DNA of 48,011 nucleotides from Octopus bimaculoides. Its lineage: Eukaryota. Positions 1 to 10,598 of the stretch are shown one piece after another (positions within the stretch are counted from its first letter, which is position 1; every line of letters begins with the position of its first letter). Location: positions 31,555,786-31,603,796 of the forward strand of contig NC_068994.1 in the NCBI RefSeq assembly GCF_001194135.2, given 5' to 3'. The notes under the pieces are model-generated. The model did no database searches and was not told where the DNA came from. It was given only the letters and a program-made list of their open reading frames with translations. The position numbers and the translations under genes were made by a program.

Positions 1-544
1 TATATATATATAAATAAAATATATATATATATATATCTATACACACACATGCACACACACGTACACGCATATGTATAATGTGTTTGAGTGTGAGAGATAC
101 AGATAAACTGGACAGATGAGGTGTGCTGGAGGGGAGGGTTTTAGATGAGGTTGAGAAAGGTTAATTAGTAAAGAAGATAATAAGTGAAAAAGAGAAAAAT
201 AAACAAAACAAATTTGGATTAACTAGTGCATTCAGTACACCATCTTAACCTACCTGCCCATCCCACACACTAGCACCGGTCACCCACAATCACAAAAGCA
301 AATACTGCAAATTCTGTGTGGGTGTATTTATATTTGTATGTATAAGTGTCTGCAATTTGGAATTTGATTTTTAACACAAATAAAAGACAGTACAGTGATA
401 GATATTACAAGATATGCATACACATCTGAATAAATAAAGCATACATAAGACACACACATACATGCAATTATACATGAACACACAAATACATACATTCACG
501 TATATATACACACATACACAGTCATACAGTTATAGTCATACATC

Positions 545-1270
545 ATCATAAGAATCCTTTTTACATCTGTGTTTTTTTTCCCTGCTTGAATGAGATGTAT
601 AGATCTTTTCCAGCATAGTTATGCCATGTGTTGTAGTCTTTTTCTTATATCCTTTGTGAGGCTTAGCCTTTTGAAACAAGTCTTCATCCCTTCTTCCTAA
701 CCCTTTATCTGCAAGTTCCTTTCACTTAAATCACCCTTTTTTTTTTTACCCAACACCCCATAAATATCATCACATGCCAGCCAATGTATTCTTCTCTCCT
801 GTACACTACATCTCATAGCTGTTATACACAATTTTTCTGTCAGTTCATTTGTGCTCAGTCATTCATGCACACAAACATTACATATCTAGTGGAGCATGTG
901 CATCTCATTTCTTCACAGCCTTGCACATCCACTACATTCAGTATCCATGATTTACTGGTATACAACATTACACTTCGTATACAAGCATCATACAATCTGC
1001 CTTTCACTTGAAGTCAGATACTCTTTGTTGTCAGTAGAGGTAATATCACCCAAAGATTTTCCACTTTGTTCTTATTCTTGCTACTATGCTTTCTGAGCAC
1101 CCACTTCCACTGTTAATTAGGTCACCTAGGTTACAGAAGCTATTAACTACTTAAACAGAATCTTCTGAGCATTTGAAACAATTTACATCAAGGGTGCTCT
1201 GACTGCTTGCTAACTGCTCCTGTGTATCTTCTACATATAAAGTCTTACTTCTCTATCAATTGTCAATCCC
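545..1270 (-). mobile_element. Degraded RTE fragment
   Basis: For example, 1060-1100 aligns with 24255-24295 (ENVAARIRIAW region); many stops. Confidence 0.6.
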
Positions 1271-1302
1271 TTTATACCTCTCATGCACCCATAATTTACA
1301 CA

Positions 1303-1378
1303 GGATACACCAACCTTCGTCAAACTGTCCAATCCATGCCAGCATGGATGACGGACGTTAGATAATAATATGATGTAT
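1303..1378 (+). mobile_element. RTE-type 3' tail
   Basis: TGTCCAATCCATGCCAGCATGGATGACGGACGTTAG...ATGATG. Confidence 0.65.
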
Positions 1379-1649
1379 ACCTTTCTGCATATTGTGTAAG
1401 GTCACTTCCTTAATATCTAACAAGTCCCATCTTCTTTCTTGCTAACTAAAACTTTTATCCTTGTTAGGTTTCATTAAGATTTCTTGGTTCCAAGTTCTGA
1501 TAAAACTCTTGGAATTTCTTCCTTAAATTTTGTACAGATTCAGCTTTGAGAATTAAAACATCAGCTTACAGGAATTCCCACAGATTTAAATTTGTCTGGG
1601 AACCATAATAAATATGAGAAAACTGAGAACAAAGGAAACCCACTTGCAC

Positions 1650-1970
1650 ACCAAATTTTTTAACGAGCATGTTGCTAACACTTCTGACTGTATAGCTGTC
1701 AACTTCAGTTCGTAGTCTCTCTGTTGGGTCTACTTGGAATAATCCTGCTCACTCCCATGTGTTCTCTACATTCGACAATTTCTTGTTATAACATTTCCAA
1801 GCCTCTCTCTATTTGGCATCAGTGAGGGAAAGTGTGCCACTATCAGTCTACACGCACTTTCCAACAATCTCTCAATTTGTAGTGATACTTTGCATTGTAC
1901 TCTGGGATATCACAGGCTTTTGATCCTCTTATTGCATAACATTAGTAAAACATTTTCAGTTTCACATTAA
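1650..1970 (-). mobile_element. Degraded RTE fragment
   Basis: Aligns by eye with 25400-25670. Confidence 0.6.
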
Positions 1971-2029
1971 CACAACATTCTGAAGTGTTTATATGAAACA
2001 CTTTAGACATCTACTTTAGATGCTGCTGC

Positions 2030-2033
2030 TAAT

Positions 2034-2084
<51 letters not shown>

Positions 2085-2100
2085 AATAATAATAATAATA
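2030..2100. repeat. (AAC)n(AAT)n compound microsatellite
   Basis: Direct reading. Confidence 0.95.
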
Positions 2101-2642
2101 GAGAGAAGAACTAGGAAGTAAGTTAATATGAATGGAAGACTCTACCCAAGGGCAGGAGTAGCACGATTATACCTACCTAAAAAGGAAGGTATAATACATC
2201 AATGCCCTACATGCCATCACTTCCAACAACGCCCACTCCTACACAGACACAACTCCTCATTCCTTCTTCACCTATATTACTCAAATGTCATTCACAAGCA
2301 ACTTTGGCACTTCATGGCAAACCTGCACTGACTTCACAAACAGGGACATAGGAAACAGTCTGTGATAAGATCAGGCCAACAGTGTCTTCAATAACAGCAC
2401 ATATGCAATCACAGCATATATTTAGAAAACATTAACTGAGAAAGAGAGAGAGAGAGGGAGAGAGACAGAGTGAGCGAGAAAGAGGGAACGTGTGTATGTG
2501 TGCAAAAGTGAGGATCAGCATGAGTTTATGTATGGAGAGAAAGGAGGAGAAAGTAAATAAAAAAGTGTGTGTTTGTGTGTGCATGCATGCCACACATGCA
2601 TCGTTAAACAACACTAACAACAAAAAAGATTTTAAAACTGAC

Positions 2643-4258
2643 CTGTGTCATCTTGTGAAAATCCAGGGTTGGCCTGTCATAGTCCCGGCGACGTTTCACT
2701 CCAGCTTTACGGTCATGCAGGACACATGGCTGTGAGCGGCACCGCGGAATACGTTGACGGCGGGGGGAAGAAGGGTTTGACACAGACGTTTTGCATGCTG
2801 CTGGTACACTTGGCGTTGACCCACTGGCAGAGACTGTCTTTCCGAGCTGCTGCTGTTGCTGCTGCTGGGGTGGCATTAGACGTTGGGTGGGTATTATCTG
2901 TGGGGGAGGTGGATGAGGCAGTGGAAGGACCTGTTGCTGTCGTGAGTGAGGGTAGTGGGTATGAGACGGATAATGGTGAGGATGATGAGGAGGGTGTGAG
3001 GGTGAAGAGAGGATGGATGAGGATGGTGAAAATGATGAAGGAGATGTAGAGTTACTGATGGAGCACTGGTCTTCAAGTGACAGGCTCCGGTGTTTCTGAA
3101 AGGACCAAAATGGTGTGTGTGGTGGCAGGCTGCAACTGGTTGTGGCCAGTTTCACTGGTGATGATGATGGGGACGATGAAGTAGCAGCAGCAACAGGAGT
3201 AGCAAAAGGAGAGGATGCATAAGCCTTGGGAAGAGGCATAGTGAGGAAGCAAGAAGAACCAGTGGCCTGGCTTGTTACTGTGGTGGGATGAGGTCGTGGT
3301 TGGAGGGGAAAAGAAGAAGGGGAAGAGCACGATGATGGTGAAGAAAAACCAGAGTTATTGTAACCATGTCCAGTCTGCATGTCCGATACTGGTTTAAAGG
3401 CCCTATTCTCGACATCGTCATCGTCGCGATAACCAACAATCGAAACAGAGGCAGGGCGGGGTACTGGAGACTCTGGTGGAGTGTGCAGTAATGTGACGGA
3501 TTTGTTGAGTTGAGTGGAGCACGAAATAGGATCCAAAACTGCAGTAAAAGTCTGTTGTGTTTTAGGAGAAATTGAAGATGGGTCTGCAGTTGTTGGCCAA
3601 TGGACAGCACCCGAGAAAACAGCAGGATGGTTTGTGAGTGATGAAAATGATGTGGATGATGAAATTCCTGAAACTTCCGACACTGATTCTCCTTCTGCTG
3701 ATATAAAACTCTGTTGATATTGGCTCCAGCTGTCCTCAGTTACAGGGTTAAAGGCAACAGGTTTCAGCAGTGACCCTGAATTCCTTGGACTCAGTTCTAA
3801 TGCTACAAAATAGTTGGAGCTGTTTATTGGAGCTGAGATGTATGGTTTCTGGCTGCCACTCTCTGATGGAATCGATAAGGAACGGCAGTGCTTCTTCTTT
3901 GGTGGGTATGGAGGAGTGCCAGGAGATGTGTCCTTGATGGTGTCATTATCACTACCCACGTCGCCAGTAGTTAATGGAATGTCTGTGCTGTTACTCACAG
4001 AACAATCACTAGATAAGCTGCTTCCATAACCACGAGTCCGAAGGCCTTCAGATATATGGGATGAGCTAGCAGAATGAGAAAGGATAGGTGCAGACAGACA
4101 AGAGCTTTGTCTTGTGCAGGCACCACTTGGAGGCAAAGTTTGGTAAACTTTCTTCTTCTCTAGATTATCACCTAATTTCAGAGACAGCATACTTTGCAGA
4201 GTTGCATTAAGGCCAGTGCATTCTGAATGACAGGTCTTGATTTTCCAGGGATCTGGTT
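2643..4258 (-). CDS. FAM53: FAM53 large exon (EPDPWK...PPKKKHCRSLSIP...RCRSQPCVLHDRKAGVKRRRDYDRPTLDFHKMTQ)
   Basis: FAM53 signature motifs: PPxKxHCRSLS and RSQPCVL...GVKRRR...RP(T/S)LD..KM.Q. Acceptor TTTGTTTTCAG|AA (phase 1, completing GAA) at 4259/4258. Donor CAG|GTCAGT at 2643/2642, phase 0. Confidence 0.92.
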
Positions 4259-4477
4259 CTGAAAACAAATTAAAAAAAAGAGTATTACTAGCAGTAAACA
4301 ATTGCTTCATATTAAGAATAAAGCCGATTTTTAAAGAAGACTCAGTGAAATTGACTTTAATAACATGAGTGTTTATTTTATCTAACCATTTCTCAAGAGA
4401 TAAAAGGCAAAGTGAAGAGTAGCAAGATTTGAGCTCAAAATCTAGATCACTGAAACTAAACATTATAAATCAGTCAA

Positions 4478-4486
4478 CATGGCGTC
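4478..4486. promoter_or_regulatory. YY1-type site (CGCCATGTT on minus; AACATGGCG on plus)
   Basis: Consensus match in the FAM53 intron, about 15 bp from an in-frame ATG at 4463. Confidence 0.25.
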
Positions 4487-4527
4487 CTATCATTTCTGCC
4501 AAATTACCTCCCACATTACCAAGAAGT

Positions 4528-4930
4528 CATGATCATTGTTCTTGTGTCCACTTTTCCATGCTTGTATGGATCAGACAAAGTTTATTGAGGTAGGTTTTAT
4601 ACAGCAAGAAGTCCTTCCTCTTTCCAAGCAAGGTAATATTTCTCCATGACCAGACATGTTTTCACTTAATATTGGAAATAAATGATACTGCTTGTATGAT
4701 AGTGATATTCATTTATAACTATCACAAAATGTCAAGACAAGGAGACACAAAAATACATACACACACACAGGGCTTCTTTCAGTTTCCATATACCAGATCC
4801 ACTCACAAGGTTTTGGTTGACCCAGGGCTGTAGTAGAAGAGACTTGTTCAAGGTGCCACATGGTGGGACTGATACCTAAACCATGTGTTTAGGAAATAAG
4901 CATTTTAACCTTACAGCCATATCTGCGCCT
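4528..4930 (-). mobile_element. Family A2 SINE (family A head with RTE-type tail)
   Basis: Family A head at 4765-4930, (GT)n linker, then AAGGTAATATTT...CCATGC...GATGATG-type tail. Confidence 0.82.
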
Positions 4931-5115
4931 AGTAGTTGTAGAAATTTTTTTTTATTTGCCAACAGGTCTACAACAATGGGTAGAACACTAGGTCTTCACC
5001 TGAGATGATTATGGTTAACACCCAAGTTAGGTATTTCTCAAATCTCACCCTACCATCTTAAAACAAGGAAATGCACATAAGACACATATACCAGAAAACA
5101 AATACTGTATATAGA

Positions 5116-5299
5116 GGTACAGGAGTGGTTGTGTGGTTAAGAAGCTCATTTTGCAACAACATGGTTTCAGGTTCAGTTCTGCTACAGGGTACCTTGGGAA
5201 ATGTCTTCTACAATAACCTCAGGCCAACCAACACCTCATGAGTGAATTTGATAAACGAAAACTGTGTAGAAGCCCATTGTGTGTATGTACATATATATA

Positions 5300-5345
<46 letters not shown>

Positions 5346-5444
5346 TGTGTTTTTTCCTGGGGTCAATTTGTTTGACTAAACTCTTCAAGGTGGTGCACCA
5401 ACATGGCTACAGTTCACTGACTGAAACAAGTAAAAGATAAAAGA
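5116..5444 (+). mobile_element. Family A1 SINE, internally deleted
   Basis: Homologous to 27929-28340. Confidence 0.82.
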
Positions 5445-5501
5445 TATCTCAAGTAGCTAACCTCCTTCCTTTTTGTTTAAAGTTAAGAGATCTTGTCTTA
5501 C

Positions 5502-5580
5502 CTGTATTAGTGACAGAGGCTGAAGGTTTTGATGGTGAAGAGTAACTCTTTCCCATATCTGCTGAAGACAACATGGAGGA
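5502..5580 (-). CDS. FAM53: FAM53 79-nt internal exon (SSMLSSADMGKSYSSPSKPSASVTNT+G)
   Basis: Acceptor TTTTTATTTCAG| at 5581/5580 and donor ACAG|GTAAGA at 5502/5501. Phase 0 in and phase 1 out match both neighbouring exons. Confidence 0.8.
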
Positions 5581-5635
5581 CTGAAATAAAAAGAAAAAAT
5601 ATAATGGGGAAGACAGAAAATTAAAATTGTCTACA

Positions 5636-5798
5636 GGTGTGGCTGTGTGGTGAGAAGCTTGCTTCCCAATCACATGGTTCTGGGTTCAGTCCCAATACGT
5701 GGATCTTGGGCAAGTGTGTTCTACTATAGCCTCGGGCCAACCAAAGCCTTGTGAGTGGATTTGGTAGACAGAAACTGAAAGAAGTCCGTCATATACAT

Positions 5799-5840
<42 letters not shown>

Positions 5841-6115
5841 CCCCAGCACAGCTGCAGCCTAATGACTGAAACAAGTAAAAGATAAAAGATATATATATAT
5901 ATATCTGTGCATATCTCCCACCATCGCTTGACAGCTAGTGTTGGTGTATTTATGACCTTGTAACCTGGTAGTTTGGTGAAAGAAACCGGCAGAATAAGTA
6001 CCAGGCTTTAATAAAATAGGTACTGGGATTGATTCATTTCACTAAGAATTCTTCAAGGCGATGCCCCAGCATGGCCACAGTCAAATGACTGAAACAAGTA
6101 AAAAATAAAAGATAA
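5636..6115 (+). mobile_element. Family A1 SINE (short form, 5636-5889) followed by an A1 3' half (5905-6115)
   Basis: Homologous to 27929-28340; two tails. Confidence 0.82.
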
Positions 6116-6147
6116 AATTGATGCAACAAAACTGTATTGGTGTTGGT

Positions 6148-6552
6148 CATCATGATCATCATCGTTTTAACATCCATGTTTCCATGCGTATATGAGTTGG
6201 ATGGAATTTGTTGAGGTAGATTTTCTTTGGCCAGATGTCCTTCCTAACCCTAACCCTCACCTGTTTCCAAGTAAGGTAAATATTTCCCTATGACCAGACT
6301 ACTTTTTCTGGAAGACTGGAAATGAAGGACACCATTTGTATGTCAGTGACACTTGTTGACAACTATGATGCAATGTCAAGGTAATGAGATAGTAACACAC
6401 ACACACAACAACAACAACAAGTTTCTTTCAGTTTCCATCAACCAAGTCCACACACAAAAGTTTGTTGCCCAGGGGCTATAACAGAAGACATTTGCAAAAG
6501 GCACCACACAGTGGGACTGAACCTGAAACCATGTGGTTGGAAAGCAAACTTA
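6148..6552 (-). mobile_element. Family A2 SINE
   Basis: Same head-linker-tail order as 4528-4930. Confidence 0.82.
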
Positions 6553-7204
6553 AGCAAAAAATTCACTACTGTCTCAAACCTATCATAAATGCTGAACAAT
6601 CAAGTGAAGTACTGTTGAAAAGCTGCACACTGCTGCTCAGAGTAGAGCAGTACACACCTATTCCAACCTTCAAAGACTATATTGTGGTTTTGTTGTTACA
6701 TTGTACCTCTGCCATTAGGACCAATTAGACAGCTTTTATTCCCTCGTGTTTCAGTGGCGGCACTTTAGCTCTTTCCTTAAAAACCAACAATCAACGAAAT
6801 AAAGTTTAATTTAATCCTTTAACATTCAGACTGTTTTATCAAATGTAATGCTTATTCATTCACATTCTTTTAAATTAATCATGTATCATCTTTGTAGCTT
6901 TGAGATTTTGATGTGATTGTTTATTTTAAAATGACACTGTAGGGAAGGTGTGAGAGGCCAAATGTGGCTGGTTTGAATATAGAACAGGTGGAATATTTTG
7001 GCTGGATATGCTGGTTTAAATGCTAAAGGGTTAAAGAGTATACTGTAAATAGAAAATATCAGAATAAACATAATAGTTCTTGTATATTCAATAAAAGCAG
7101 AATACAGAGAAATATTTTGATTTTACAGTTCTATATTTAAGAGATGAGGAATTATGTACATTATTTACATTTGACAGATATTTGTCCTCATCTTGTTTGT
7201 TGTT

Positions 7205-7247
7205 AACACGTTTTGGCTGATATACCCTCCAGCCTTCATCAGGTGTC
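7205..7247 (-). ncRNA. Minimal type I hammerhead ribozyme remnant (G12A, cleavage triplet deleted)
   Basis: GACAC-CTGATGA-A-GGCTG(N10)CAGCC-AAAA-C-GTGTT on the minus strand. Confidence 0.7.
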
Positions 7248-7317
7248 TTGGAGAAATTTCGAACTTGGGTTCTCATTCCTAAGGTATTTTTTGATGTTAT
7301 TATTATTATTTATTGTT

Positions 7318-8292
7318 TTCTGGCATTCCTGGACGTATTAATAACACGCACCAAGTATGGATTCAGGACATCTGTATATCACAAGCCGATCTTTACAGGA
7401 CGATACCTCAACTTCAATTCCTACCATCCATATACTGTAAAGAGAGGGATTGCTCAGTGCTTAAAACATTGTGCAAAGAATATAAGTAGCAATTGTGATA
7501 CACACCACGAAGAAATGATCAAGCTCAATAACGATCAGTTAAGCAACAACAATCCCAAAAGTATACTATCCACTCCAATTATGAAGAAGAGAGATGATGA
7601 GGCCAATAAACTGTCCATAGCCTGTCTACCCTATGTGAAAGGCCTCTCCGAAAAGATACAAAAGATATGCGGCCCATATAACATCAGGACAGTATTCAAG
7701 AGTAATACAACACTTCGCAAATATCTCCTTCGAGTAAAACCTCCAATAGAAGAGAATATGACCAAAGACTGCATGTACTCCATCCCATGCAGCTGTGGTA
7801 GGTTATACAAAGGTGAAACATTAGCTGGCAGAAATGTTAGCACGCCGGGCGAAATGCTTAGCGGTATTTTGTCTGTCTTTACGTTCTGAGCTCAAATTCC
7901 ACCGAGGTCGATTTTGCTTTCATCCTTTCGGGGTCAATAAATTAAGTACCAGTTACGCACTGGGGTTGATGTAATCAACTTAACCCATTTGTCTGTCCCC
8001 TCTATTGCCCTTGTGGGCAATAAAAAAATAAGAAACATACCGCCCCCTCAAAGTAAGTGTAGACAAACATTGCAAAGCTGTGACACGAGGAGATATTGAT
8101 AAATCAGGTATAGCTGATCATGTATGGAAAAATGGAGACCACCTCCCCCTGTGGGATGAAGTTAAAATAATAGACAGAGAACAAGCAGCACATATGCTAG
8201 GTCACAACAACCTCCTAAGCAGACCGAGTGCAGATATGAGCAGCATATGGGAACCAGTATTAAGGAAGAATAGAAAAATATTAGATGTATAA
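7318..8292 (+). pseudogene. PLE1 RT C-terminus plus GIY-YIG endonuclease, disrupted
   Basis: LAFLDVLITR...SVYHKPIFTGRYLNFNSYHP; CMYSIPCSCGRLYKGET; KSGIADHVWK...WDEVKIIDRE. Interrupted by a SINE and by deletions. Confidence 0.9.
7822..8031 (+). mobile_element. Family B tRNA-derived SINE nested in the PLE1 GIY-YIG domain
   Basis: AGCTGGCAGAA...TTCATCCTTTCGGGGTCAATAAATTAAGTACCAG body; 7-bp TSD GAAACAT at 7815-7821 and 8032-8038. Confidence 0.88.
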
Positions 8293-8321
8293 GCCCTAAA
8301 ATTCACTCTATAATTGCCCAT

Positions 8322-8395
8322 GGGCATATGGCATAGTGGTTAAGAGTGTGGGCTACTAACCCCAAGATTCTGAGTTCGATTCCAAGCAGTGATCT
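8322..8395 (+). mobile_element. tRNA-derived Pol III head within the PLE1 3' terminal repeat
   Basis: A box TGGCATAGTGG at 8329-8339, B box GTTCGATTC at 8374-8382, anticodon-arm-like TGGG-CTACTAA-CCC. No acceptor stem. Confidence 0.8.
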
Positions 8396-8471
8396 GAACA
8401 ATAACAATAATAATAATAATAACATTGAAAAATACCTTAGGAATGAGAACCCAGGTTCAAAATTTCCCCAA

Positions 8472-8517
8472 GACTCCTGATGAAGGTTAGAGGGTATATT
8501 AGCCAAAACGTTGTGTT
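8472..8517 (+). ncRNA. Minimal type I hammerhead ribozyme (G12A variant, probably inactive)
   Basis: GACTC-CTGATGA-A-GGTTA(N10)TAGCC-AAAA-C-GTT-GTGTT: core CUGAUGA, paired stem II, palindromic AACGTT stem III, stem I gac(t)c/gtgtt. Confidence 0.75.
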
Positions 8518-9111
8518 AACAACCAACAAGATGAGGACAAATATCCATCAAATGTAAATAATGTATTTTGATTTTGTTGAAATATTGTGGTTACTTAACT
8601 GTGCTATTGGACAGACAATTGTCCATCTACAGATCAATTCCATACCAAAATGACGCAAAATAGCATTAGCAGTGGGATATGTGATCAATAAAGTGATTGA
8701 TTGGCACAATTGTTTGAGTGTCAAATAAAATGCATTAAGATATTTTCCTGGTTCTCTGTACTGTGACTTCAAATCCAATGGAGATCAACTTATCCTTTCA
8801 TCCTTTTGAACCCACATGCACTAAATGCTGGTGAAGCCATCTCTTCTTCTACCCATCGCATCCTGGATGTTCCACTGGGTCCAAGGTGAGAGAGCTGAGA
8901 GGATGTCTAAGTCTGTTTGTAACTACATAGGCACCTAAAACAGCTAATGAGAACATAGCACATGCTACCATGTCATCCTCAATTCTGAGTGATGGCCATG
9001 GTAAGAATATGATCCAACAACCTACACGATAGAATGTAGATTCAATTTAATACAGTTGCTACTATGTAAACTCTGCTCATAAATGATAATCAAAGATGAA
9101 ATATGCCTTAC

Positions 9112-10161
9112 CTTTTGATGTTCTCTCTGAGATCTTTGTTGTGGGCTGCCACTATCCAGCACCATTTGATTCCATAATTTATCAGTGATGTAAGCTACAG
9201 TATGCCCAGTATTACCACAAGAGTCGGACAACCCATGGCTACTAACATCAACACCATTGCCATCACCACTACCACAAGTACTACTATTAATACTACTCAT
9301 GCTATTATTAGAAGTACAGCTAGACAGCATTCCACTGCAACTGGAATCTTCAGTCACAGGAACTGAGGAAGTAGATGTAGGGCTTGGCTGGAAATGGTAG
9401 GGCTGTGAAAGAAAAGATAGGTTCTTTTTGTGGGCAGCAAGCTTCTGTTGGGGCAGCTGTTGCCTGTGGTGGGGTTGAAGTTGTAGACCATGACTATTGC
9501 CACTCTGGTGGTGATTTGGACTAGAGTGCTTACGATGCACTTGCTGTTGCTGCTGTGAGGAGGAGGAGGAGGAAGAGGAGAAAATCAACAATGACGAGGA
9601 TGTTGGTGACACAGAAGTTGCAGTCAGAAAGGGTAGTAACTGTGACACTGAGGAAGGACAGCTAACCTTCAGGTCACTATATAACTGATGGGATGCAGGG
9701 TTAGATGATACAGCTGAACAAGCATTGTCAACAGCTGAAGAGGATACTTCAGATGATGTCACTCTGTCTAATTGAGCTGGGCACCGGGATGAAGACAACT
9801 GATCACATATCTGGGCCTCTTGCTGTTTACTACAATGCAAAGGGGACTGGAAAGTGCCATGCCCTGAAACATCACCTTGTTGCCATGGCAGCTGACTTAA
9901 CAGTGGATTCTGCAGCCGAGACTCATCCAAATCCTTCTGCAAACTTTGCTGCACATGCTGGTAGGGGAAGTTGAGTGCTTTGGAGGGTGCTGTCTCCCGT
10001 CCAAGGCTCTGAGCACACCCAATCATAGCCACTGCTGTTGATGAAGTGGCAGCTACTGAAGTGACTGGGGTCAGACGCTCCTGCGACTGATAACCACCCC
10101 GTCCAACAGTTCGGCTTGATGGGTACAATGATTGCAGCTGACGACCACTAACATCAATCAT
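9112..10161 (-). CDS. FAM53: FAM53-family protein, first coding exon (350 codons, S/Q/H-rich, ending ...TVAYITDKLWNQMVLDSGSPQQRSQREHQK)
   Basis: Open frame with first in-frame ATG at 10161 and an in-frame TAA upstream at 10242-10240. Donor AAG|GTAAGG at 9112/9111, phase 0. VAYITDKLWNQ resembles the vertebrate FAM53A/C N-terminus MV/ITLITE(K/Q)LQ. Confidence 0.75.
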
Positions 10162-10368
10162 TCTGTCCTTTGCTTCCCCCGCTGCTGTGTCAGTGGTTGT
10201 AGTTGTGGGAACAACCGCAGCCACAGTGATAGTTGTTAGTTAGTGCCACAGTGGATTAGGTGACAGACATTCATGGGGTTCTCCTCTAAATCAACAAACA
10301 ACAGCCAATCAGGAAACCGACTTCATACCTTAAGCAATGTCAGCAGCAGATAGAGAGCGAAAGCTGAG
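10162..10368 (-). other. 5' UTR portion of the first FAM53 coding exon, with three short upstream ORFs
   Basis: Polypyrimidine acceptor TTTCTTTGTTTTCAG| at 10369/10368. Upstream ATGs at 10326, 10274 and 10270 each close within 5-13 codons. Confidence 0.55.
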
Positions 10369-10598
10369 CTGAAAACAAAGAAAATAATTGTAAGATTAGC
10401 AAACAGAAAAGCAAGAGAATCTGATGAACAAATTCAGACACTTAGCATGGATTTTTATATCAATGAATTATGGGTTTAAATTCACTTGGAATGTTCTGTG
10501 AGTACAACTAACTTAAAATGTAAAATGTAAAAAACAAAAAACAAAAAAACAAAAGTGTCAAGTTCATGTGGCAGATCACAATAAACATGGATAAAACT

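Larger units (their letters stand above)
7125..8563 (+). mobile_element. 5'-truncated Penelope-like element (PLE1) with inverted hammerhead-bearing terminal repeats
   Basis: RT-thumb and GIY-YIG coding remnants. Arms at 7125-7315 (-) and about 8400-8565 (+) are about 90% identical by eye. TATTTTGATTTT direct repeat at 7113-7124 and 8564-8575. Confidence 0.85.

Noticed and set aside
1-2642. Terminal FAM53 exon
   Set aside because: No supported acceptor plus ORF. The region is RTE remnants and microsatellites, so the exon probably lies outside the window.
2645-3330. ORFs 2645..3049 (+), 2894..3076, 3073..3330 and others overlapping the FAM53 exon
   Set aside because: Shadow frames of a low-complexity coding exon; no motifs or splice support.
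8322-8395. A tRNA gene with anticodon ACT
   Set aside because: No acceptor stem or terminator. It is a SINE-type head, as are the family A, B and F heads.
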